Shown one piece after another: positions 47,316 through 57,172 of a stretch of 64,000 nt of DNA. The position numbers and the translations under genes were made by a program. Each line of letters starts with the position of its first letter. Position 1 is the stretch's first letter. The notes below the pieces were generated by a model. The model saw nothing but the letters and a program-made list of their open reading frames with translations. It had not been told where the DNA came from and searched no databases. Source of the stretch: Bryobacteraceae bacterium (GTDB lineage: Bacteria; Acidobacteriota; Terriglobia; Bryobacterales; Bryobacteraceae). Location: positions 7,146-71,145 of the forward strand of contig DASXEY010000110.1 in NCBI GenBank assembly GCA_036489835.1. The letters run 5' to 3'.

Positions 47316-48236
47316 TTACTTTTGGGCGAAAATGGCGTCGACCAGCACGCCGGTTTTCTGGCAGCGAACCCCGTGGAAGCCCGCTGCTTCCAGAAGCGTC
47401 CGGTATTCGGAGAACGTTCGCTCGACGCCTCCCGCAGCCACCAGCATGTTCAAGGAACTCAGATGCACGTGGAGGGGGCCGCTGCGATCCTCATCGAGCA
47501 AGCGCTCCGCGATCAGTAATCCTCCTCCGTCCGGCAGCGCCGCACGAATCCTCTCGAGCAGGATGCGGATATTAGGCTCCGTCTGGTTGTGCAGAACCTT
47601 GCCCAGGCCGTACAGGTCAGCGGCTGGAAGCGGGTCGGCGAAGAAGTTTCCTGCGAAGAGCTCAGCGCGGCTGCCCGTGTATTCTCGGGCCGCCTCAATG
47701 ACCGGCGGCACGTCGAACACTCCGATTTTGATATCGGGATAAAGCTGCTGGATCGCCAACGCCAGATGTCCCGTGCAACCGCCCAGGTCGACGAACTTGC
47801 GGAAGCGTGAAAGATCGAATGCAGCGGCGACGCGGGGCGAGGAGAGCAGCCCGAAGGCATGCATCCCTGCGACGAAATCGCGATAGGCTTCCGGGGCGGG
47901 CTCACGAGCAGGGCTCTGGGTTACAGCTCCGTCGATGACTGCCTGCTCCAAATGTCCCCAACGCTCATACAAGCCATTGCCAGCCGACCGGGCGTATCCT
48001 GCCAGCGATTCCGGACGGTGGCTGCGTAAATATTGGTCGGCCAGCGCGCTGTTCACAAATTCAGAGCCGCGCTTTTCAAGAAGGCCCAGCCCGACGCAGG
48101 CCTCAAGCAACCGAACGGTTGCAAATCCAAGCGGCCGCGATCCATCGAAAATCCCCAGCTTCACGGCGGCGAATAGAGTTTTTGAGCGGCGAAAGCCGTC
48201 GATTAATTCGAGAATTGGTGTAGGATCGGCGGCCAC
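47316..48236 (-). CDS. SAM-dependent O-methyltransferase (family 2 type)
   Basis: N-terminal dimerisation/wHTH-like region, SAM motif VDLGGCTGHLA, and the downstream family-2 OMT pattern. Confidence 0.85.
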   Translation of the reverse strand: MAADPTPILELIDGFRRSKTLFAAVKLGIFDGSRPLGFATVRLLEACVGLGLLEKRGSEFVNSALADQYLRSHRPESLAGYARSAGNGLYERWGHLEQAVIDGAVTQSPAREPAPEAYRDFVAGMHAFGLLSSPRVAAAFDLSRFRKFVDLGGCTGHLALAIQQLYPDIKIGVFDVPPVIEAAREYTGSRAELFAGNFFADPLPAADLYGLGKVLHNQTEPNIRILLERIRAALPDGGGLLIAERLLDEDRSGPLHVHLSSLNMLVAAGGVERTFSEYRTLLEAAGFHGVRCQKTGVLVDAIFAQK

Positions 48237-48245
48237 CTGTAAACC

Positions 48246-49277
48246 TCAAAAGGCTATCCGATCTCGAATCTGGACGCGCGCGTGTTCAATCAAATGCCGG
48301 CTCAGATACAATTTCGAGCGCGCCATCACCTCATCCTGGGAAGGCTCAAAACCCAGATATTTGCGCCGCAAAGCGGCCACTTCTCTGGCTCCGGTCGAAT
48401 CCATCTGCGCTGAAGTTTTTTGCTGTGGATGAACCCGGAAGGCCCCCAAAAAATGCGGGACATGGGCGAAGCGCGCCCCGGCGGTTTGAAATCTCAAGAG
48501 CAGATCCCAATCGATGGCGAAGTGCAGCGACTCGTCGATTCCTCCGCCAACCTGATTCCAGAGCGACCGGCGCCAGAAAAGTGTTTCCTGAGGAATGAAG
48601 TCGACCCAGCGCAGTATCCCTGAGTCATGCTTGGGCAGGATCCAGCGGCCCACTTCGAGGCCGCTTTCATCGATAAGAATACGGTTGCCGTAGAGGACAG
48701 AAATATCAGGATTTCGCGCGAAGAAGCGCGCCACATACATCAGCGCTCCGGGCAGTAGCAGATCGTCGGAATTCAACCAGCCCATGATCTCGCCGGTGGT
48801 GCGCCGGAAGGCGATGTTGATGGCGTGGGCCTGACCGCGATCGGGCGCGGTATCCCACCCGCTCAGTCTGCCGTCGAATTCACCCAGGATCGACGCCGAT
48901 TCATCCGCCGATCCGCCGTCCTGCACGAAATATTCGAGGCGTGGATGTTCCTGGGCGAGGACGCTGTCGATCGATTGCCGCAGAAAGCGCCCCTGTTCAA
49001 AAGATGGAGTCACGATGGAGATCGTTGGAAGCGGCCCTACCACTGGGGCAAGATACGGCGGCCGGCCGACGCGCAGCGGCCTCGGCGGATGCTGGCGCAA
49101 AACTCCGAGTTTCGGTGCAGGCGCGCTGGGCCGCATGCGCAGCAGGCTGAGGAAGCCGGATCGAACCCTCCGGTACGGACGGCGTAGCGCCATCAAAGAC
49201 TGGGTCTCTGGACCCTCAACAGGCGGCTTCTCGACTTCGTCTTCGATCTCCAGAGCTGATTTCATGTTCTTTGACAC
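48246..49277 (-). CDS. glycosyltransferase family 2
   Basis: ISIVTPSFEQGRFLRQSIDSVLAQ...QDGGS.D...NSDD is the GT-A/GT2 pattern. Confidence 0.85.
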   Translation of the reverse strand: MSKNMKSALEIEDEVEKPPVEGPETQSLMALRRPYRRVRSGFLSLLRMRPSAPAPKLGVLRQHPPRPLRVGRPPYLAPVVGPLPTISIVTPSFEQGRFLRQSIDSVLAQEHPRLEYFVQDGGSADESASILGEFDGRLSGWDTAPDRGQAHAINIAFRRTTGEIMGWLNSDDLLLPGALMYVARFFARNPDISVLYGNRILIDESGLEVGRWILPKHDSGILRWVDFIPQETLFWRRSLWNQVGGGIDESLHFAIDWDLLLRFQTAGARFAHVPHFLGAFRVHPQQKTSAQMDSTGAREVAALRRKYLGFEPSQDEVMARSKLYLSRHLIEHARVQIRDRIAF

Positions 49278-49381
49278 TTAATTTATAAGCCTAGCAGGGC
49301 CGGAAAAATCAAGGACCGCTCCCTTTCGCCGCGGCTCAGTCACCGCGCTTCGGGACGCACTCGCATCATCGCGGGCGTCAT

Positions 49382-50302
49382 TCATTTCTGGCGCAGATAT
49401 CTTAGGACCCGCCGGAATGTGATAAAGCGCAGCCACTCCCTGGCATAGCGGAGGCGCGCGTCGGCATTCATCGACAATCCGGCGGGGAGGCTTCTCAAGT
49501 ATCGCAGCACGGAGTATTGGGGCTGCTCGAAAAACTGATCCCTACCGTCCATGCGATGGCATTCGTATGCCAGGATCCAGCGGAAAGGGACATATGCATA
49601 ATGCTGGCGCAGGATGCGGAAGGTCTCGACAAAAACATCCGAGCGCTGGCCCAGCGATTTGTTAGACCGATGCATCCGCGAAAGAGCCAGAGGGACGCGA
49701 ATCCGGCGGAGCGTCGTGATCCGCGCCAGGCGCATCCAGAATTCGTAGTCGAAGGTGAGATTGAAATCCTCATTCAACAATCCGGCGGCTTCAAAGGAAC
49801 TGCTTCGCAGAAGCGACGCAGGCTGGCAGATGAAACATTCGCACTGCAGCAGCTTCGGGTCGAAATCGCGCACGGGATAGGGGCCAATCATCCCGCCTGC
49901 TTCGTCGATCCAGGACGCATCGCCATAGATGCCGGCGGCCCCAGGCGCTTCTTCCAGCGCTTTTACGCCGGCTGAAATTGCGCCGGGCAGAAGCACATCG
50001 TCGGCATTCAGATACATGAAATACTCGCCATGGGCACGCCGAAATCCCCCATTGATTGCGCTGGCCGTGCCATGATCGCGTCCGCTATGCACAGCCAGTC
50101 CGTTGTACTCGGCAAGAATCGCCAAGGTACCATCCGTGGAGCCGCCGTCCATAACGATGTGCTCGATATGCGGATAGTCCTGCGCAGCAACGCTGTCGAT
50201 GGTCTCGCGGATGAAACGCTCGGAATCGAGGCACGGCGTGACAATCGAAACCAGTCCCGGCAACGCGGGCGCGGAAACTCTAGCCGTCGGTATCGCGGAC
50301 AT
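49382..50302 (-). CDS. glycosyltransferase family 2
   Basis: The internal ATG at 50302 gives MSAIPT...VSIVTPCLDSERFIRETIDSVAAQ...MDGGSTDGT...NADD. The 159 upstream codons of the maximal ORF run through the gad pseudogene and are rejected. Confidence 0.8.
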   Translation of the reverse strand: MSAIPTARVSAPALPGLVSIVTPCLDSERFIRETIDSVAAQDYPHIEHIVMDGGSTDGTLAILAEYNGLAVHSGRDHGTASAINGGFRRAHGEYFMYLNADDVLLPGAISAGVKALEEAPGAAGIYGDASWIDEAGGMIGPYPVRDFDPKLLQCECFICQPASLLRSSSFEAAGLLNEDFNLTFDYEFWMRLARITTLRRIRVPLALSRMHRSNKSLGQRSDVFVETFRILRQHYAYVPFRWILAYECHRMDGRDQFFEQPQYSVLRYLRSLPAGLSMNADARLRYAREWLRFITFRRVLRYLRQK

Positions 50303-50442
50303 TTGCTCGCATGGGCAGAGGCGAGGCTGACGCCAATGACATGTAGATACGGCTATTTTATCCCAAATCAAGCGTGCGGGCTTGAGAAAGGCGTCAAATT
50401 TTGCCTGCCTATGCGAATCGGCATACCAGGAACTGCGACATT

Positions 50443-51485
50443 CTAATGGTGGAATCCCGCGCCTAGAGCCGTGGCTTTGAGGCCGGGGTGTGTGGCGAAC
50501 CAATCCAAGTGCCTGCGAATATCGCGCAACAAAATCTCGGCCAGACGTTGGTGAATCCGTTGCGTACCACAACGCGCTGCACCACCAGTAGAGCGACCAG
50601 TTTGCTCCTTCGTCGCTTGGTCCTTCTTGGTCTAGGCGAAGACCGGCAAGTTGCGTCCGTCGCTGAGCAGCCTGAACGGCCGAGACGGATGAGGCTGTGA
50701 TACCGGGTGGCCACCTGGCTGGCAGGGCGTGAAAGATTGATCGCCAGCATCGGCATAGTCCCGCCGAGATAATCCACATTGAAGATCAAGTCCGGATGCC
50801 AATCGGGCGCCTTGCGTCAGGCCATCCAACCCATGCCCGGATAGACCAGCCCGTATTTTGTGCCCTGAAGGATTAATGGATTTCACGCGGGGCAGTTGAA
50901 AATCCCACGCCAGCTTGGGCTGGATGAAGGGCGCGACGAATGCTCCACTGGCGCCGTCGACGTGAATCGGAATGTCCAGGCCGGTTCGCTCCTGCAAGCG
51001 ATCGAGGGCCGCACTCAAGGCGCTGACATCCTCGTATTGGGCGGCCGCGGCGGGCTCCACATCCGTGACATACTTGTCCCCCTGGAGCGGCACCGCTCGC
51101 TCCTCAACATCCCAGTAGCGCAGGAATTTGTGCCAGCAGATTTGCGTGTTGATGCCAGCTTGCGCATCTTCTCACGCCAGCGCCACTTCAGTGCGAGCCC
51201 GCCCGGCAGGCAGGCTTCACTCGATCCGATCGTCGACGTTCCCAAGGTGCTGGCGGGGTCGGGGGAATGCCACAAATCGGCCCGCATGTGGACGCAGCGC
51301 ATCGCCAGCCCGGCTGTCTGCGGATACTTGTCCTTGTCGATGTGGAAAATGAAGACAATAGGCAGCACCGACCTGCGAAGGAACAATACGGAGCGGTGGA
51401 TTTGGGGGCAATTAAATGGTGGGGGAAATTCCGGAAGCCTGAGCGGGAGCCAATCATCCATTCCAGGAATGGCTCCGTTTGACAA
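50443..51485 (-). pseudogene. decayed glutamate decarboxylase gene (multiple frameshifts and deletions)
   Basis: GAD-like blocks are spread over three frames: [47 protein letters not shown] / [29 protein letters not shown]...[36 protein letters not shown] / [25 protein letters not shown] / RVVVRNGFT..LAEILLRDIRRHLDWFATHP..*. Total length is shorter than an intact gene. Confidence 0.75.
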
Positions 51486-51521
51486 TGATCCTGGCGTCCG
51501 GCGGGATGCTACCTTAATCGT

Positions 51522-52394
51522 TTGGAGGAAACTTTACCGAAAGTCACGGTTGCGGTTCCGTTGTATCGATCCAGCCGATTTCTGGCGATCGTAACCGAGA
51601 CGTTGCGGGTCTTCGATTATCCCAACCTCGAGTTCATCGTCTCCGACCGGCATCATGAGGACGACGCGATCGACATCCTTCGAGAGACCTTTTCGAACGA
51701 CGGGCGATTTCGCTTTTTCCTGGCGGAAGACAGGATCGATTGGGTGAGCCACTACAATTTGCTCTTGCGCGAAGCCAGGGGCGAGTACCTAATCTGGGTC
51801 TCGCACGACGATTCCTATTCGGCCGACTTCATCAGCAAACTTGTGAAAGCACTGGAACAGAATCCCGATGCGGTTGTTGCCAGCGGCCGGGCGGAGCGAA
51901 TTGGCATCAACGGTGAGCCGCTAACGTACATTACGCCCAAGATTCCCGCCGAACCGAATGCTCCCGGGCCTCTGCTTGCATACCGCGTGGCCATGAGCGG
52001 CGGCCTGCAATTTCATGGTCTGTTCCGGAGGCGGATGCTGGTGGATCGGGAATTGTGGATTCGCCACACTGTCGAGAATATTGCGGCGGATATGCTGTGG
52101 ATCTTCACCGTGGCCCTGATCGGCCGGGCTGTGTACGTCGATGGCTGCACTTTCTGGAAACGCTACTACCCCAACAGCGCTCACAAAAAGTGGGACTCTA
52201 TCATGCAACCCAGGTACGTATGGAATTTCGCGAGCGTCGCCTGCTCCTACTTAGACGATTACGCTCCCACACGGACGCAACGCCTGGCCGGAAAGGGGCT
52301 CACCTATCTCGCATGCATCCTGTGGGCCTTGCGCCTTAGCAAACGCTCCTGGGTGGGGAGATTCCAAGCCCGCGCCGGCCGCTATAATCTTTAG
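51522..52394 (+). CDS. glycosyltransferase family 2
   Basis: TTG start. [21 protein letters not shown]...VSDRHHEDD...VSHDD is the GT-A pattern. Confidence 0.8.
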   Translation: MEETLPKVTVAVPLYRSSRFLAIVTETLRVFDYPNLEFIVSDRHHEDDAIDILRETFSNDGRFRFFLAEDRIDWVSHYNLLLREARGEYLIWVSHDDSYSADFISKLVKALEQNPDAVVASGRAERIGINGEPLTYITPKIPAEPNAPGPLLAYRVAMSGGLQFHGLFRRRMLVDRELWIRHTVENIAADMLWIFTVALIGRAVYVDGCTFWKRYYPNSAHKKWDSIMQPRYVWNFASVACSYLDDYAPTRTQRLAGKGLTYLACILWALRLSKRSWVGRFQARAGRYNL

Positions 52395-52401
52395 AACCGG
52401 T

Positions 52402-55400
52402 GTGCCATTGCGTATCCTCCTCGTTTTGCCCCTGTTGTTCTTGAACTGTCTTTGCAGCGCGCAAACCACTGGTGCGCTTGAGGGCACTGTTGTTGATCCC
52501 GCCATGGCGCCAGTGGCCCATGCGGACGTGAAAGTTCTGCAAGGTGGCTCCTCGGCGGCGCGGACGGTCACCACCGATTCGAAAGGTCACTGGCTGATCG
52601 TCGGACTTCCGCCTGGAAACTGCTCCCTGTCCGTTTCCGTTGCCGGCTTCAAGACCGCGGTAGAGACCGGGCTGATTTTGCGAGCCGGCGAGACTACCTG
52701 GGCTGAGGTTCACCTGGAGCTAGGGAACTATTCCGAGATTGTCGAAATCAGCGCACAAGGTTCCGTCCTCAGCGCGAGCGCATCGCAATGGGGGCTCGAC
52801 ACAGAGCGGGAGACTCTGGAGAATCTGCCCCTTGACGGACGAGATATTTTTGAGATGGCTGCGGCGCAGGGCGCTTCGACCGTAACCAATCTGAATCGCG
52901 CGGGATTCGTGGGAGGGTTCGGGCTGGCGCTATCTCTGAACGGCGGGAGGCCGAATCAAAACGGTTTTCGTTACGACGGGCTACAGGTGAATGACGCCAC
53001 GAATCTCCCGCCGGTAAGCGCGGCGGGCCGATCGCTCGGCTTGGAAAGCACCCAGGAACTATCGGTTGTCTCCAGTCCCTTCAGTGCAGAATATGGGCGC
53101 GCCGCCGCCGCGGTGATTACCGCGATCTCCAAATCCGGGGGCAACTCCTGGCATGGGAGCTTGTTCGAATATTTCCGCAACGACAACCTGGACGCCAAGA
53201 ATTTCTTCGACGCGCCGGATCAGGCAATCCCCCCATTCCATCGCAATCAGTTCGGAGGAATGCTCAGCGGCCCTCTTGTTCCTAACAAACTCTTCTTCCT
53301 CATCAATCCGGAGGCGGTGCGGCAAGCGCAGAGCCTGACGGTATCGGCCCCCAGTTTGACGGCGGCCGCACGCCAAGGTTTTCTGCCCATTCCTGGTGAG
53401 GGAACCATTCAGCTTCCCGTATCGCCGATTATCCAGCCCTTCCTGCAACTTTATCCGCTGCCGAACGGCCGCGATTACGGGGATGGTACAGCGGAGTATT
53501 CGAGCGTAGTGCCCAGTACCACAGATGACGGCTACCTTTCCGCGAAGCTGGACGCGATTCTGAATTCGCAACTTCGAACCGCCTTCCGCGTCGCGCTCGA
53601 TCGGGCATCCGCGCAAACGGAGGATGCCTACCATTGGTGGACCTTTCAGAACAAAACTCACGCCGATTTTGTCACCAGTGAGACGCAGTGGGTCGCTTCG
53701 CCTTCCATGCTGCACACCTTTCGCATGGGCGTCAGCCGCAATTGGGAATTTGAGATTCCCAATCTCAATCCAGGCATAACGTCTTCGCTCTCTTTCATTC
53801 CCGGCCAGCCTCTGGGCGTTTTGCAGGTGACGGGGCTGGAGGATTACGGATCCAATAACGCGCTGATCTCAAAGCTGCTGCTGGCCAGCACGGATCTGCA
53901 GTTCGATTACGGCTTCACCTATGTGCACGGGCGGCAATCGCTGAAGGCCGGGGCTGGTTTTTCGCACTCACAGACGAACCCGACACTGGCCGTGAACACG
54001 CGCGGTTATTACTTCTTTTACTCAATCGAATCGCTGTTGGTAAACGTACCGGCGGCAGCCAATCTGACCACGCCATCTTCCGATCCTTCCCGGACGTTTT
54101 CGCAAGATCTGGGCGATGTCTATGCGCAGTATGAAGACCGGCTTAGTTCCTCACTCACGCTGAGCGCGGGTGTTCGTTATGAGCCGTACACTCCTCCGTC
54201 GGAGCGTTTTGGACGGGTAGGGCAGGTTCAATTTCCCGCGTTGTCGCCTATGGTAGTGGCAGGCAGCAATCTCTATCGCAATCCCTCTGCCCGCAATTTT
54301 GCTCCCCGCATCGCGCTGGCATGGAATCCCGGAGCGTCGCCCAAAACGGTGCTTCGCGCCGGATTCGGGATCTTCTATGACATCCTCGGTTCCACGACCT
54401 ACCTGGGAAATCGCGCTTATTTGCCGAGCCAGTATCGGAATATCACGATTCCCTTGCCCCCGTTTCCGAACCTGCTTGCGGCTGCGGCGGAGCCCATTCC
54501 GCCGTTCCTGGAAACGGTCGACTACGAGGTACAGCAGCCGTATGTCATGCAATACCAAGCGCGCTTGGAACATCAGTTGTCCAGCGGCACTGCGGCATTT
54601 GCGGGCTATTCGGGCAGCCGCGGAGTTCATCTTGCGGGATACGTCGGCGACATCAATACTCCGTCGCCCCAGAAGCTACCCGACGGACAGCTCTACTTTG
54701 CCCCCGGCAGCCCGTTGATGAATCCAGCATTCGGCCAGATCAGCATGCTGCGAACGCAGTTCAACCTGTTTTATAACTCGCTGACGGCGGGCCTCGAAAA
54801 GCGCTGGAGAAAAGGACTCAGTTTGGAAGTGCGCTACACCTTGGGACGCGCGATTGACGAGACCTCTTCCGTGCTCTTTCAAGACTTCTTGAATTTCGAT
54901 AAAATTCCCAACAATTTCAATTACCGCGCCAACCTGGGCCCGGCTGACTACAACATTACGCACGCGCTGGGCCTCAACTATTCGTATTCGTTGCCATGGA
55001 AAGCCGGCCGCGGATGGCATGCGTTGTACGGAGGCTGGGCGCTTGCTGGCATTGTGCAGGTACAATCGGGACGGCCTTTCAATCCGCATCTGGGAATCGA
55101 TCAGGCCGGAGTGGGATCGCTCGATGATCTGGGCCAACGCCCTAACCTTGTGCCCGGGGCGCCAGTGGTCCTGGGCGGCCCCGATCAGTACTTCAATCCC
55201 CAGGCATTCGCGCTACCCGCGGCGGGGACCTTCGGAAATCTAGGCCGGAATTCAATTACCGGCCCGGGATTATTCACGTTGGACGCCGCGCTTCACCGTG
55301 CGCTTTTCACGACCGAGCGCCAATCCTTGACGCTGAGGGTAGAAGCGTTCAATGTGACGAATCACCCCAACTTTCAGATTCCATCGCAACTCGCGCTCTA

Positions 55401-55497
55401 TAATGCGGACGGGTCGGCTGTGGGCTCGGCGGGCCAGATTACGGAGACCAGTACGCCTTCCCGGCAGATGCAACTGGCGCTTCGCTGGGCATTCTAG
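52402..55497 (+). CDS. TonB-dependent receptor with carboxypeptidase-regulatory-like domain
   Basis: 1031 aa. Signal peptide, GTVVDPAMAPVAHADVKV...CSLSVSVAGFK, barrel-type sequence, terminal LRWAF. It begins 8 nt after the GT2 gene. Confidence 0.9.
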   Translation: MPLRILLVLPLLFLNCLCSAQTTGALEGTVVDPAMAPVAHADVKVLQGGSSAARTVTTDSKGHWLIVGLPPGNCSLSVSVAGFKTAVETGLILRAGETTWAEVHLELGNYSEIVEISAQGSVLSASASQWGLDTERETLENLPLDGRDIFEMAAAQGASTVTNLNRAGFVGGFGLALSLNGGRPNQNGFRYDGLQVNDATNLPPVSAAGRSLGLESTQELSVVSSPFSAEYGRAAAAVITAISKSGGNSWHGSLFEYFRNDNLDAKNFFDAPDQAIPPFHRNQFGGMLSGPLVPNKLFFLINPEAVRQAQSLTVSAPSLTAAARQGFLPIPGEGTIQLPVSPIIQPFLQLYPLPNGRDYGDGTAEYSSVVPSTTDDGYLSAKLDAILNSQLRTAFRVALDRASAQTEDAYHWWTFQNKTHADFVTSETQWVASPSMLHTFRMGVSRNWEFEIPNLNPGITSSLSFIPGQPLGVLQVTGLEDYGSNNALISKLLLASTDLQFDYGFTYVHGRQSLKAGAGFSHSQTNPTLAVNTRGYYFFYSIESLLVNVPAAANLTTPSSDPSRTFSQDLGDVYAQYEDRLSSSLTLSAGVRYEPYTPPSERFGRVGQVQFPALSPMVVAGSNLYRNPSARNFAPRIALAWNPGASPKTVLRAGFGIFYDILGSTTYLGNRAYLPSQYRNITIPLPPFPNLLAAAAEPIPPFLETVDYEVQQPYVMQYQARLEHQLSSGTAAFAGYSGSRGVHLAGYVGDINTPSPQKLPDGQLYFAPGSPLMNPAFGQISMLRTQFNLFYNSLTAGLEKRWRKGLSLEVRYTLGRAIDETSSVLFQDFLNFDKIPNNFNYRANLGPADYNITHALGLNYSYSLPWKAGRGWHALYGGWALAGIVQVQSGRPFNPHLGIDQAGVGSLDDLGQRPNLVPGAPVVLGGPDQYFNPQAFALPAAGTFGNLGRNSITGPGLFTLDAALHRALFTTERQSLTLRVEAFNVTNHPNFQIPSQLALYNADGSAVGSAGQITETSTPSRQMQLALRWAF

Positions 55498-55498
55498 A

Positions 55499-57172
55499 GT
55501 GCCTGACATCCGCGAGGTCTCGCTGCTGATGCCCGGCGACCCAGGGCGCTTCCGCTGGGGCAAGATGCTTTCGCGAGCAAAAATGGCTGTGCGATGGGCC
55601 GTTGTCGCCACCGCCCAAACTCCTCTGCGGTTCTTCTACGGATCGATTTATCGAGCCCATGTCTGGTATGCCGTCCGAGTGGCCAAACGCTTCCCAGGCA
55701 CGCGAGCCATCTACGTCGCACGCTCCGTCGCCAAAGGTGAAATCGTTTTTGGCGTCAGTGACATCGATATGGTCATGGTCGGCGAATGGCCGGAGGACGA
55801 ACAGATTCGCTTGATGCGCAAACTGGGCCTGCTTAGCGCATTGTCGCCGCTCTACGATTCCGGGCTGTGGCAGCAGGTTCACACCCGGGAAAGTCTCCAC
55901 AATCTGTGGGAGACGGATTATTTTTTCCAATCCCGCTTTGACGAAGGCCGCCGCCAGTGGAAGCTTGAGTACGGCAGCGATCTTGTTGCCGCACTCGGTC
56001 AAGTTCCCCGGGAACGGAAGGCTGGCGGCTACTATATGGAGGTCCGAAGCTGGTGGCTGCACTTCATCGCCAGCACGTTCGGATCGGGCCCCACCGCGAA
56101 GGATGCAATCTTTCGCAACAGCATCGCTTATAAAGCGGTGACAGAGGTTCTGAACATCGCTCGAGCGATGCAAACGGGTCGCGCTCCGGAGGAATCACGC
56201 AGAGCCGCTCTGCGGCGGTCCATTGACGAAGCCCAAAACCAGAATCGAGATTTCCTCAGCAGGCTCGAAGAAAGCGCGAAGGTTGGTCATCTTCGATTTC
56301 GCGGCGACATTCAGGAAGAATCTCTGCAATTGCTTCTGCCAGTCTTAGACCGGCTTCACGCCGATCTTCGCAAACTTCCCTCCTTTGCCCCTCTCGGAGA
56401 GTTCCAAGTAGATGCGCGTGCGGAGGAATTGCTGCGGACGCCCCAAGCCATCGCCCATGCGCGGCGGCTGGCCCAGCATTTGAAACAGGCGTGGCCGTCT
56501 TATCGAGGCGCCTATTTGGCTCCGAGCGCCGCGTGTTTCGCCATGGATGACCTGCTGCTGCTGATTGAAGTGGATCCCGCGCAGCTTCCGGATTTGGCAC
56601 AATTGCGAACCCTGTGCGCTTTCCATGAGCAATCTCGCGCGCGAGTGCCTCAGCGAATCGCCTTGTATCTCCTGCTTCCCTCGGGGGCCTGCCAATTGGA
56701 GTTCGTCAACTTCACTGAGATGTGGCGCGTTCTTATATTTCCGCCCTCGACTCCGGATCTCTTCACCTTAATCCGTCGGCCTGAGTTTCTCATTGATGGC
56801 GAATTACCGGCGATCGCGGGAAAGCCTGTCTGGAGCCGCTTCGCGCGGGACCTCGCCGTAGAGGAATTGAATGTCCGCCGGTCTGTGCTGTCCAGAGTGA
56901 CGCCGGACGTATTTCCCAACTCCATCGAGATTCTCCGCAACGTGTGGCGGCATCTACAATTGGAAGTTTTAGTACGAACCAGCGCCGCTGGATCAGCGAT
57001 ATTCGCGCTTTCTCTTGGCGCAGTCCGGCGCGAGCTTCAAAAGTTAGCCCTTGCGGAGGGCAATCTACTTAGCTTGCTGGAAGATGCGTATCAGTGCGAG
57101 ATCAGCGGAAACGCTTCCGACGTTCGGCCCCTGATTCCCCGAATTATGGCCTATTTGACGGGCTTTCACTAA
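55499..57172 (+). CDS. large nucleotidyltransferase-fold (Pol-beta-like) domain protein, hypothetical
   Basis: ARSVAKGEIVFGVSDIDMVMVGE fits the minimal NTase G[SG]-x9-13-[DE]x[DE] motif. The first non-overlapping start is the GTG at 55499; alternatives are ATG 55529, 55568 and 55586. Confidence 0.6.
   Translation: MPDIREVSLLMPGDPGRFRWGKMLSRAKMAVRWAVVATAQTPLRFFYGSIYRAHVWYAVRVAKRFPGTRAIYVARSVAKGEIVFGVSDIDMVMVGEWPEDEQIRLMRKLGLLSALSPLYDSGLWQQVHTRESLHNLWETDYFFQSRFDEGRRQWKLEYGSDLVAALGQVPRERKAGGYYMEVRSWWLHFIASTFGSGPTAKDAIFRNSIAYKAVTEVLNIARAMQTGRAPEESRRAALRRSIDEAQNQNRDFLSRLEESAKVGHLRFRGDIQEESLQLLLPVLDRLHADLRKLPSFAPLGEFQVDARAEELLRTPQAIAHARRLAQHLKQAWPSYRGAYLAPSAACFAMDDLLLLIEVDPAQLPDLAQLRTLCAFHEQSRARVPQRIALYLLLPSGACQLEFVNFTEMWRVLIFPPSTPDLFTLIRRPEFLIDGELPAIAGKPVWSRFARDLAVEELNVRRSVLSRVTPDVFPNSIEILRNVWRHLQLEVLVRTSAAGSAIFALSLGAVRRELQKLALAEGNLLSLLEDAYQCEISGNASDVRPLIPRIMAYLTGFH

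Noticed and set aside
50303-50779. N-terminal 159-codon extension of the GT2 gene (465-aa ORF 49382-50779)
   Set aside because: The upstream part runs across the C-terminal remnants of the glutamate decarboxylase pseudogene and has no GT2 similarity. The GT-A fold begins right after the ATG at 50302.
55403-55498. Start of the NTase-like ORF at 55403, overlapping the receptor gene by 95 nt
   Set aside because: The overlap region is the conserved C-terminal barrel strand of the receptor. An in-frame GTG at 55499 immediately follows the receptor stop.
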